A DNA stretch of 64,000 bases from Macrostomum hystrix (taxonomy: Eukaryota > Animalia > Platyhelminthes). The notes beneath the pieces are model-generated. The model searched no databases, was not told the DNA's origin, and saw only the letters and a program-made list of their open reading frames with translations. Numbering within the stretch: position 1 is the stretch's first letter; each line of letters opens with the position of its first letter. The position numbers were made by a program, and so were the translations under genes. The stretch lies in assembly GCA_950097015.1 (NCBI GenBank), contig CATNEN010000039.1:16368001-16432000 (forward strand), in the 5' to 3' direction. Of this stretch, positions 1-10,014 are shown piece after piece.

Positions 1-67
1 GCATATCTTGCCGGTTTGTTGCATTGTAAACAATATTCAAATTGTTATATGACAAAAATGTGTCCTT

Positions 68-175
68 GTTAACGCGTTTGCTCTCGCAACAAGGTCCCTG
101 AGCTCGATTCCGCGGTGAGGCCACATTTATTTGGGGCGCAGCCGCTGATAGAAGGCTTGGGTTGTTGTGAAATGT
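68..175 (+). mobile_element. Partial tRNA-derived SINE (same family as 5030-5243)
   Basis: GTTAACGCGTTTGCTCTCGC...CTCGATTCC...GAGGCCACATTTATTTGGGGCGCAGCCG...GAAGGCTTGG aligns with the reverse complement of about 5130-5225. Confidence 0.7.
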
Positions 176-249
176 GCACATCTGTACGTGCAGGTGTCAG
201 CCTACCCTTTGTACCCCGCATCCGCCTCCATCGTCGGTGAATTCCTCAG

Positions 250-525
250 GTGGACATTGAAGCCACGGTGACCATCTCGAATCCCGACCAGCCGGAGGGT
301 CGCTTCTATTGTCGGTCTCGAGTCGACGACGTCGCCTACATGGCCTCGCAGGCGGGCGCCTTGCGCCTGGCGGTCGCCCGCGCCATCGCCTGCCACCTGC
401 CAACCAAACAGCTGCGCGATCGGCTGCGCATGTCCGGCTTGCTAACTCCAGACATGCGCCTGCCCGAGAGGACCTACTACGGTCAGGACGGGCCGAGAGC
501 CAAGTGGACCTGGAAGGCCCGTTGA
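250..525 (+). CDS. MRPS9: Terminal exon of mitochondrial ribosomal protein S9 (uS9m)
   Basis: SQAGALRLAVARAI...LRMSGLLTPDMRLPERTYYGQDGPRAKWTWKAR matches the uS9 C-terminal pattern (QAGAIRL...GLLT.D.R..ERK..G...AR...W.KR); CAG acceptor at 247-249; AATAAA about 648-660. Confidence 0.85.
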   Translation: MDIEATVTISNPDQPEGRFYCRSRVDDVAYMASQAGALRLAVARAIACHLPTKQLRDRLRMSGLLTPDMRLPERTYYGQDGPRAKWTWKAR

Positions 526-1110
526 TCGCTGTCAAACTTATAAAGTACCCTGTTTAGTTTTTCGTGTCTTAGTTCATAAGTGCATTTTCTATGTTGAACA
601 TCTTTGCGAAGTTTTTTTAACTTGTTAAAATGCACAATTTGCTAGTTAATAAAAATAAAATAAAACAAATAAGAAAATATTTCAATAGCTTTTTTTTTAA
701 ACATCTTACATTTGCGAACGGTAGCAAATCAATTTGTATATTTTTTTAGTTTCAGAAAAAATGGCTGCGGAATTCGTACATTTCTACTGACAGTAGACTA
801 AACCGACCTTCATGTATTTCTTTTTATCTTTGTCTCTCCGTCTTTCCGTCGCGTCACCCCTCAACCCCACGCACGCTGCAACTCAGTGTTCATATGGGCT
901 TTCTATTTTCTCAGTGTACATTTATAATGCAGTAAAAGTACAACGTGGATTCAGAAATAAGGAACTTAGATGTTTTTTGTGCCTTGTAAATGGCATTTCA
1001 AGTACAGTCACTGGTACACAACCCAGCATTTTAACAAAATGCATCTGCACCTTGGTGCGAATGATATTCTCATTGAATAACTGCGGCAGCCTAACCGAAT
1101 CCCGTGTTTC

Positions 1111-3219
1111 ATGGAGCATTGGCGGTTGGCCGCCACGCTCATGCTTGGCTCTGTCGCGCTGAAGAATATTCAAAGCCGACTCAAGAGCGCTGACTCCGCC
1201 ACACAAATTTTCATCTTTGGTGAGCACGCGGCAACCCTAGTGTTGGGGTCAGAGTTCTGTAGCTGACACCAGTGTTGGGGTCAGAGTTCTGTAGCTGACA
1301 CCAGTGTTGGGGTCAGAGTTCTGTAGCTGACACCAGTGTTGGGGTCAGAGTTCTGTAGCTGACACCAGTGTTGGGGTCAGAGTTCTGTAGCTGACACCAG
1401 TGTTGGGGTCAGAGTTCTGTAGCTGACACCAGTGTTGGGGTCAGAGTTCTGTAGCTGACACCAGTGTTGGGGTCAGAGTTCTGTAGCTGACACCAGTGTT
1501 AGGGTCAGAGTTCTGTAGCTGACATACTTCCAAACTTGAAGAATGTTTTAAGACGGTACTGTAGACACGAGTTCTCATGCAAACCCACTGCAATATTGCA
1601 CAGGCTGCATTTTACTGATTCTGTCGGCATCCACCAAACAGCGGATGATGCGTTACAAGGACCGACTGTCCAGCTTCACGGCCAAGCAGTCTGAACTCGC
1701 GTTCTCCGACTTCTGTGCGGATGAGCATGCCACGGCAGGCTTCTACCAAGATGACAATGAGCTGCACTGCTTCCACTGCTCGGCGAAGCTGCCACAAAAG
1801 TTCTCAGCTGTTGATCAACCAGATCCACTGGAAAGGCATCGTGAGCAGAGTCCGCGCTGCTACCTGCAGAAGCTGCTGAGATTGGTTGCATCCCGCGAAG
1901 ATGCCGAACTGCTTGCTGAAGTGGCCTCCGACTCAGTCAGGTGTGACGACTCTCTGAAGTTTGAAGCGTAAATTATAATCCGAATTGTCAAATAGGAGGC
2001 AACTGATCTACTGCCCCTTTCGCTGACCCTTTTGACCAAGCAAAAGAGCCTGTTTTTGTGCTTTCGGGTTGACCCTCATAGGCGTAAATTGCACTAAAAA
2101 GCTTCAATGACTTTTGTCAGCGGCTGCGTCTCGAATAAGCGGGGTCCCGACGAGCGGAATCGAGCTCAGGACTTGATTGTTAAATCTTTCACAAAAAGGG
2201 ATGCGAAAGAAATCAGATTAATCCACTGTTCCCCTCCAGTTAAAAATTTTTGTTCAGAAAAGACAGTTCGACACTTTTAACCGATGTCTTAGAGACTATT
2301 CTTTTCTCAGTATCGTAGGAAAATTTCTCACAGAATGCCCCAGGGCGGTGATTGGTCGGCAAGATAGGGGCTGATATGAGTGTGTGTAGGGCTGGGGAGG
2401 GGTCGGTGGGTAGGGCTGGGGAGGGGTTTGAAGGGTCGATGCGTTGGGCTGGGTATGGGTCTGAGGGGTCGGTGTGTAGTTCTGGGGAGGGGTTTGAGGG
2501 GTCGGTGGGTAGGGCTGGGGAGGGGTCTGAGGGGTCGGTGGGTAGGGCTGGGGAGGGGTTTGAGGGGTCGATGCGTAGGGGAGGGGTCTGAGGGGTCGGT
2601 GGGTAGGGCCGGGGAGGGGTTTGAGGGGTCGGTGGGTAGGGCTGGGGAGGGGTCTGAGGGGTCGGTGGGTAGGGCTGGGGAGGGGTCTGAGGGGTCGGTG
2701 GGTAGGGCCGGGGAGGGGTTTGAGGGGTCGGTGGGTAGGGCTGGGGAGGGGTGTAAGGGGTCGGTGCGTAGAGCTGATGAGGGGTATTGTGGGGTCGGTA
2801 TACCCCTCCCGACCAATCACCGCCCTTAGGCGAAGTCAAGCAATTTCCTACTACTTCTGTCCGAATATTTAGAATCAAAAGCTATCACAAAGCAGCAGAT
2901 CAATAATTATTGGTTCAATTGAACTATTGACAGATTTAGACGCGCCCTGACTCGCCTGACAGTCGATCTGAAATCCAGCGTCGCCATTCAGTTTGCCGAA
3001 TCCTTCGGCTTCAGCCCGTCGGAGCTTCAGCTGGCAGCCACGCGGCACTTCATGCAGCACGGCGCTGTTGTGCCCGAGCGCACTGGCGACCTCATCAGGC
3101 TGGTGCATGAGAACTCTAGTCTGGTTCATTCCAGCCTGTTTGGGGTGCAAGTAGTGCGCGTTCTAGACGAATTGCCTGCCACCATTGAGGCTGTTGAATT
3201 TGGCATCTCGAAAAGCTAA
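1111..3219 (+). CDS. IAP-like gene 1 (BIR + UBA-like, no RING seen); exons 1111-1219, 1604-1940, 2934-3219
   Basis: Phase-compatible junctions G|GTGAGC...CAG|GC (phase 1) and AG|GTGTGA...GACAG|A (phase 2). BIR: RLSSF...AGFY...CFHC...DPLERHREQSPRC. Exon 3 reads ...AIQFAESFGFSPSELQLA...TGDLIRLVHE...KS*, matching the UBA-like segment of the paralogues. Confidence 0.75.
1239..1523. repeat. 32-bp minisatellite, about 9 copies (AGTGTTGGGGTCAGAGTTCTGTAGCTGACACC), in intron 1 of IAP-like gene 1
   Basis: Directly visible tandem identical units, no spacers. Confidence 0.95.
2342..2826. mobile_element. MITE-like element with 18-bp terminal inverted repeats enclosing a 33-bp G-rich tandem array
   Basis: AGGGCGGTGATTGGTCGG (2342-2359) and its exact reverse complement CCGACCAATCACCGCCCT (2809-2826); interior about 2390-2770 is (GAGGGGTCGGTGGGTAGGGCTGGGGAGGGGTTT)n. 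Confidence 0.7.
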
Positions 3220-3749
3220 TTTTTTTAATGCAGACAGAAAGCTTTTTTAGACCTTTCGTTAAATGTCTAAAAAAGTCACGGAAGTGATCTTGTAGTACAA
3301 AGGGAAGCTTTTTCGCAAAGTTCATTGCTACGATTGACTTTTACAGACGGGCGTATATTTGATTACTTCACTTTTTGTTTCAGCTTTTAGTAACATTTAT
3401 CTCTTAGCTAATTCACTAATTGCACTTGTATAAATATTACCTAAATATAACACACTACTCGTATCTTCGCTTGTCTTCACTTGATTTGGTTTTTATTTTG
3501 TTTGGTTTGAGAAGGCTTAACAGTCGTGACTCACTACTATGGCTATTGCTGCGAGACAGCCTTTTCGTCGACTGATTTGTGTAACGATCTCAAACTGCCA
3601 GTCATTGCCTATCCCTATGGACTTAGTGGTCCAGGGGCTGATGGAACAATTACATTGAAATGCAAAATCGGACGGCTCACATCAAGTCATCTTTCTTGGA
3701 CTCTACCTCTTGGAGAGTAGAAAGTTCTGAATGAAAGTAGAGTGAATAT

Positions 3750-4835
3750 GGCTAGAATGAGAGTGGAGTGGGTAGAATGAGAGTAGGGTGGGTAGAATGA
3801 GAGTAGGGTGGGTAGAATGAGAGTAGGGTGGGTAGAATGAGAGTAGGGTGGGTAGAATGAGAGTAGGGTGGGTAGAATGAGAGTAGGGTGGGTAGAATGA
3901 GAGTAGGGTGGGTAGAAAGAGAGTAGAGTGGGTAGAATGAGAGTAGGGTGGGTAGAATGAGAGTAGGGTGGGTAGAATGAGAGTAGGGTGGGTAGAATGA
4001 GAGTAGGGTGGGTAGAATGAGAGTAGGGTGGGTAGAATGAGAGTAGGGTGGGTAGAATGAGAGTAGGGTGGGTAGAAAGAGAGTAGAGTGGGTAGAATGA
4101 GAGTAGGGTGGGTAGAATGAGAGTAGGGTGGGTAGAATGAGAGTGGGGTGGGTAGAATGAGAGTAGGGTGGGTAGAATGAGAGTAGGGTGGGTAGAAAGA
4201 GAGTAGAGTGGGTAGAATGAGAGTAGGGTGGGTAGAATGAGAGTAGGGTGGGTAGAATGAGAGTGGGGTGGGTAGAATGAGAGTAGAGTGGGTTGAATGA
4301 GAGTAGGGTGGGTAGAATGAGAGTAGGGTGGGTAGAATGAGAGTAGGGTGGGTAGAAAGAGAGTAGAGTGGGAAGAATGAGAGTAGAGTGGGTAGAATGA
4401 GAGTAGAGTGGGTAGAATGAGAGTAGAGTGGGTTGAATGAGAGTAGGGTGGGTAGAATGAGAGTAGGGTGGGTAGAATGAGAGTAGGGTGGGTAGAAAGA
4501 GAGTAGAGTGGGTAGAATGAGAGTAGGGTGGGTAGAATGAGAGTAGGGTGGGTAGAATGAGAGTGGGGTGGGTAGAATGAGAGCAGAGTGGCTAGAATGA
4601 GAGTGGAGTGGGTAGAATGAGAGTGGAGTGGGTTGAATGAGAGTAGAGCGGCTAGAATGAGAGGAGAGTGGGTTGAATGAGAGTAGAGTGGGTAGAATGA
4701 GAGTAGAGTGGGTTGAATGAGAGTAGAGTTGGTAGAATGAGAGTGGAGAGGGAAGATTGAGAGTAGAGTGGGTTGAATGAGAGTAGAGTTGGTAGAATGA
4801 GAGTGGAGAGTGGGTTTAATGAGAGTAGAGTGGTT
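3750..4835. repeat. 20-bp purine-rich minisatellite (GAGTAGGGTGGGTAGAATGA)n, about 54 copies
   Basis: Directly visible; degenerate at both ends. Confidence 0.97.
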
Positions 4836-5029
4836 AAGTTATGAACAAAAAAATTATAAACGAAGTGGCGTAATAATGATAATAATAATTGCAGGAGGGC
4901 TGCTGGCAATGGTTCATCATTTAGTGACACTGGACCCGCAGCCAGCGAGCCTGAATTGCCTCTGCCCATTTCGCTGACTCCTGAGCACACACGCACACAG
5001 ATACTTTACGCAGGCAAACGCTCACACAG

Positions 5030-5243
5030 GTGTGTACATCTGCCCTGACTTTCTCATCGTCAGGCAGTGTACACTTTCACAGTCCCTTGGATGTTGGCCC
5101 TCAAGGGCGGAAATTGCACGACAAGCCCCCAAGCCTTCTCTCCGCGGCTGCGCCCCCCAAATGAATGCGGCCTCGCTGTGGAATCGAACTTAGGGACCGT
5201 GGTGCGAGAGGCAAACGCGTTAACCGCTCTGCCACCGACCCCC
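5030..5243 (-). mobile_element. tRNA-derived SINE (tRNA-Glu-like head)
   Basis: Minus strand reads GGGGTCGGTGGCAGAGCGGTTAACGCGTTTGCCTCTCGCACCACGGTCCCTAAGTTCGATTCC, with A box and B box but no paired acceptor stem; related copies at 68-175 and about 6395-6532; left boundary approximate. Confidence 0.7.
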
Positions 5244-5570
5244 TAAACTAAGTGGCATAAAAAAGATCAGTTTTTAAGATATAAATTTTTGGAGAGATAC
5301 TGAATATTATGCTTTTCCATGCGAAACTTCCGGTATCAAGTTTAATAGTTAGTTATTTTCATCGTTTCTGCACACCTTCAAGGTGCAAGGTCACTCTTCT
5401 CTCACTCTAACCACTCTACTATAAGTATTTTGTCAAGCAAACATTGGTTACCTCATAAACTTTGTGGGCTTTTCCACGGAAAGGCAGCGGAATTTTCTCC
5501 ACTTTTTGGTTAAAATGACTTTGAATTCTCGACTCATTGCTCACTCAGTAAACCGATTTCATGCCTGCAG

Positions 5571-7099
5571 CTGCGGCTCATTTGTCGTCGCTTCAGCGGC
5601 GGTGGCGGCCGCATCCTGGAGGGCTCCTCCGAGTCCGCGGGCTGCCGGCTGTCGGAGCGCCCGGTTCCTGACGTGTCGCAACTGCTGCCGTCGGCTGATT
5701 TCCAGTCGTCCAGCGGGAAGCCGATCGCCTTGTCGATCCTCATGGAGCCGTCGGCAGCCTTCGCCCGGTCGTTGGTCGCCTGCAGGGCGGTCGAGGGCGG
5801 TCTGTCGTGCCTAGCAGTGCCACTGTGCGCCGCGCACTCGCTGCCTGAGCTGTTGTACGCTGTGCGCGACTCCGGCGCCCGCGCCATCCTAGCCAACCGC
5901 GACGGCGCCCTGACGAAGGCCGAGAAGCTCCCGACGGCTGATGGCCTGCCGATGTGCCACGTTGAACCAGCTGCCGCAGCTGATGCCGTCGTCGGCGCGG
6001 AGCCGGCGTAAGCGAGTTGTTGGGCTAGGCGAGAAGGAGAACTCAATGGCTTGCAGTGTCAGTTTGATAATAGTTCTATGAATGAGCCTGTAGTTCTCGT
6101 AGAAAAGCCTATTTGAGGTAGGAATAGCTCGCGTACACCGCTTAGTTCACATTCTGGGGAATCCAGGACCAAGATTCCCCAGATAGGTCCTAGGCTATTT
6201 TTAGTCCTTGAGTTTCTGTAGATCTTTTGTAGCGGTAAAAATTTTCTATTGTAGGAGTGCTAGTTTCAGTGTAATGTTAAAAAAAACTTTTTTACTAGGG
6301 AGGGAGCGGGCTGTGAAAGATGATTTTGCGACAGTAGACCAGCAGCTAGCGAGGAGGACGCTGACTCGTGAGAACTAAATGATTCGTACGCATGCAGGTA
6401 CGCCTACCCCGTGCATATTGTCAGGCAGTTTGCACTTTAACTGTGCCTTGGAGTTTGGCTGCACGACAAGCCTCCAAGGCTTCTCGCCGTCGCTGCGACT
6501 TTAAAACTCGTCCGGGAAGTTGGTGCGAGAGTCGACTAATAAAATTCAATTTAAACACTTTAGAATAGCTCTATATATTAATACCTCCATTGCTCCCTCT
6601 CACACCCCAGCAACATAGTCTACAACAGCGGAAGCACTGGCCAGCCCAAAGGAGTAACCCATGGCAACGCCAGAGCCCAACTGTTGCGCTGTGGCCCAGG
6701 CCTGGCGCTGCATCACGTGAACGGCCTTGAGAACTATCTGCTAGCTCCGCTGCAGGCCGGTAGCTGCGTGCTCATCCATAGCGGCTTCTGGCCCGAGCAA
6801 GTCTGGCAGCAGCTCACGTTTTGGCTGTACCCGACGATACCTGGGGCGAGCGCCTTGTGCTGGCAGTTGTGCCGGCGCCTGATCGACCGGTTGCTGACCT
6901 TCCTCAGATGCAAGCTTGGGCGGCGCAGCGGCTGGCGAAGTATAAATCGCCTCGAGAGCTGCGGGTGAGTGCACATCCGATGTACAGTAAGTGTACATTG
7001 AACTTTTACTGAGTACATTCAATGTACATTTTTTACTCTTCAATGCAGATTGTTGCCAGATTGCCCAGAAACGCGATGGGAAAAGTTAACAAGAAGTAG
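5571..7099 (+). pseudogene. ACSF3: ACSF3-like (malonyl-CoA synthetase / AMP-binding) pseudogene with internal deletion
   Basis: Exon remnants about 5571-6007 (AVPLCAAHSLPELLYAVRDSGA), 6611-6964 (IVYNSGSTGQPKGV; LALHHVNGLENYLLAPLQAG; PEQVWQQL; then shifted frame VPDDTWGERL...WAAQRLAKYKSPRELR) and 7049-7099 (LPRNAMGKVNKK*). The central part of the domain is missing and frames shift. Confidence 0.75.
6395..6532 (-). mobile_element. Degraded copy of the tRNA-derived SINE family
   Basis: GTCAGGCAG..TGCACTTT...CCTTGGA...TGCACGACAAGCC.CCAAG.CTTCTC...GGTGCGAGAG shared with 5060-5210. Confidence 0.6.
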
Positions 7100-7364
7100 C
7101 TGAAACTGCACGTGCTTTTAGAGAGGCCGACAGTCGCTCAGAATTGACATGCCTGGCAACGACTTCGTCCCTGAGCATCTCCGTTCGTTTAAACTGTTTC
7201 GCCTGCATTGCTTCGAAGCTAGGCTAGAATTGAATAGAAAGATTAAATGCGAGAGAAACATTGCTCAGATTACTGCTGCTTACTTTTGCTTGTTTATTTC
7301 CTTTGCCTACGCTTCACCAGAGAAATTCAGAGAAATTAAAAAACTAAGGGCTTTCAGTTATTAA

Positions 7365-7931
7365 CAGTAGAACTACCAAGGGGGGGACAATTTTTTGCTG
7401 CACCCGAACGGAACAATGCAAGCACACGAAACTCAAGAACACGGGCCAACTTTTTGTTGCGCATCTTCTGAAACAAGAAACAAGTCGCCAGCTCTTCAGA
7501 CCGTCGAGATATTCAATGTTTCTGGCCGAAGGTCCGATTTTTCCCATAAGAGCTAGTGTATTTCATGCACCCCATACATGCACGTATTTGCACTGCGCCT
7601 CAGTGCGGCCTTTCCAGACCTTCAAACTTTGTCAGCATGTCACCCGAATGTGCCTGCATCATACTCCGTCTTTGGTGGTCACCTAACTTTATCTAGACGG
7701 ACTGTGGGACGTTCAAATGCAAAAATGTGGAAATAGGCCACTCTGGACACCCTGACGCGAATTTCTAAAATTTCACTGCTGAAGCCTAAATATTAGGCGC
7801 TGCTCAACTACAGTACACCATCGCCTAGTCTGTCAACCAATCAGTTACCACCAACGCGGTTAGCTTTCAGGCGCTGCCAAAAATGTTCAACTAATAAAAA
7901 CGGGCTGCAAAATGGCTTGGTAGTCCTACTG
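7365..7931. mobile_element. Non-autonomous piggyBac-like DNA transposon (TTAA-flanked MITE)
   Basis: TTAA|CAGTAGAACTACCAAG ... CTTGGTAGTCCTACTG|TTAA: 16-bp TIR with one mismatch, TTAA on both sides; homologous copies at about 32820-33335 and about 57528-58043. Confidence 0.8.
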
Positions 7932-8190
7932 TTAACTAGCTGTATGGGGCAAGCGATTTAATTGATGATTTATATTTTTTATTATGATTAGCTTGAATCG
8001 CTGCTTCGCACTATTTCAGCGTTTCTACCGCTAAGATTCGAGCAGCAGAGCTTTCAAATTCAGCACCATTACATCGATTCACTACACACCAGCTTGTGAT
8101 TTGAAATTGAAACGACTTTTACTTATGCTGTTATTCAGCCTTGATTTGCACACTGTTATTTCGATCTTGTCGTTTGGTTAATTCTGCCAA

Positions 8191-9897
8191 ATGACGGCAG
8201 TGTTACAGCCAACCCAGCAAAAGTCGCTGTGCTCAGCCCTGAGCGCAGTATCCAACGCACTTTCAAGCCGCCTGTCCCCTCTGGCCGGCTCAGTGAACCC
8301 GCTAGACGTCTACGAGGCGCTGACGGCTGCAGTCTACCTGATGTCCAGCGCATCCAACCCGCTGTTCGTCAGCCGGGAGTCCCGTCGGCTCTCCTTCGAC
8401 CAGGGCGCCTGGAGCCTCCTAGGCAAGACCCAGACTGTCGAGGACATGGTCGAGAGCGGCTTCTTCTACCTGCAGGTGAGTCGCATTGCTCAGCCAGTCT
8501 GTGCTAAATAACAGGCTACTTCATACTGCAGGTGAGTCGCATTGCTCAGCCAGTCTGTGCTAAATAACAGGCTACTTCATACTGCAGGTGAGTCGCATTG
8601 CTCAGCCAGTCTGTGCTAAATAACAGGCTACTTCATACTGCAGGTGAGTCGCAGTGCTCAGCCAGTCTGTGCTAAATAACAGGCTACTTCATACTGCAGG
8701 TGAGTCGCAGTGCTCAGCCAGTCTGTGCTAAATAACAGGCTACTTCATACTGCAGGTGAGTCGCAGTGCTCAGCCAGTCTGTGCTAAATAACAGGCTACT
8801 TCACACGTGTTGGATAGAGCAGAAGGCGCTGGTTCCTGGCCATGTTTTTCAGTGAGCCGGCCAACTTTCCAACTTTGAGCAAAGTGTCATTACCTTGTAC
8901 CAGGACTTGTTGGTCCGCGAAATGGGGTAGTTGGTGTAATTGTCTCCGGGTTGTGAGCTTCAGAGCTCCGTGGCCATAAACAGTCAGAGGCACAGCTAAA
9001 GGCTGCATTAAGAATCACTGTAGTGTCACAGTTATACTACAGTGAACCATGAGCTGCACACAGATGTACAGTCTAAGGACTGGTTGTGGGGCGTCACTGC
9101 GAATCGATGATTCGTTGTTCTACGATTCGAAAATTGTTCTACGAATCGATGCAGATTCGTAAATTGTTCTACGAATCTGCCCGCAGGAAGATGACCACGT
9201 CAAATGCTTCTTCTGTGACCTGGGCCTCAAGGACTGGGACGCGGGCGACCAGCCCGAGTTGGAGCACGCCAAGTTCAGTCCGCTGTGCTTCTTTCTCAAG
9301 AGCTCTCGTGGGCTGGATTGGATGCGGAGGTCGAGCCCGCGACCTCCAAACTACCCGACGTCCTACACACGCCAGGACCACAACCAGCTGCTGCGGATTC
9401 TATCAGACGAGCTGCTCAGCGAGGCGGTGGACATTGTGTGCAAGCTGGGATTCAACGACACCAAAGTGCTGCTCTGCATCTCCAGGAAGTTCATCCGTTT
9501 CAGGCAGATGTTCACTCGCCAGGAGCTGCTGCTGGAGATGCAGAAGGAGTGGGACCGGGAGATGCTCGGCCAGACTGAGCACTTCATCGGGCGCTTCGAC
9601 CTGTCGACCGTGCTCAGAGAGTTCCGCAGCTTCATTACCTCGCAGCCGGGACCCAGCTTCTTCGGTGTCGGCAACCGTTGCCGCAGCTGCAACACTCGCG
9701 AAGTTGAGATCGTCTGCCTGCCCTGCGGCCACCTCAGCCTGTGCATGACATGCAGCCGCTCCGCCCGCACCTGCCCGGCCATCGGCTGCAGACAGCAAGT
9801 CAACAGCCTCACTGGAACGAATTCTTACTCCATGCAGGTGTCGCGTTTAACTGTACGCGTCGAAAGTGCTCCCCGGTATGACATTGCGAATTTCTAA
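8191..9897 (+). CDS. IAP (baculoviral IAP repeat protein): BIR + UBA-like + RING; exons 8191-8475 and 9187-9897
   Basis: Phase-0 splice CAG|GTGAGT...CGCAG|GAA joins ESRRLSF...MVESGFFYLQ to EDDHVKCFFCDLGLKDWDAGDQPELEHAKFSPLCFFL (canonical BIR, CX2CX16HX6C). EAVDIVCKLGF is UBA-like. CRSC...LPCGHLSLCMTC...CPAIGCR is an IAP-type RING. Confidence 0.9.
8470..8803. repeat. 56-bp tandem repeat x6 that copies the exon-1 splice donor of the IAP gene
   Basis: CTGCAGGTGAGTCGCA(T/G)TGCTCAGCCAGTCTGTGCTAAATAACAGGCTACTTCATA starting at 8470, 8526, 8582, 8638, 8694, 8750. Confidence 0.95.
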
Positions 9898-10014
9898 CTA
9901 GAGCTGTCTGTCGGTCCGCAAAAAACTGTTGATAATTTCATCCCAGCCATTGAAATGTATTTTTTTGTTTCTATTGTCTCTGATCTGTTTTTGTTACTGG
10001 TCTAGCAAAATAGC

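Noticed and set aside
1239-1523. 32-bp (also 36- and 40-bp) repeats as CRISPR arrays
   Set aside because: Units are head-to-tail with no unique spacers; no cas genes; eukaryotic context
2240-2878. Pro-rich, extensin-like ORFs
   Set aside because: Translations of the 33-bp G-rich array inside a predicted intron of a + strand gene
5170-5243. Functional tRNA gene (also about 27330-27400)
   Set aside because: A/B boxes are present but stems do not pair properly and the sequence continues into a body shared with dispersed copies, so SINE
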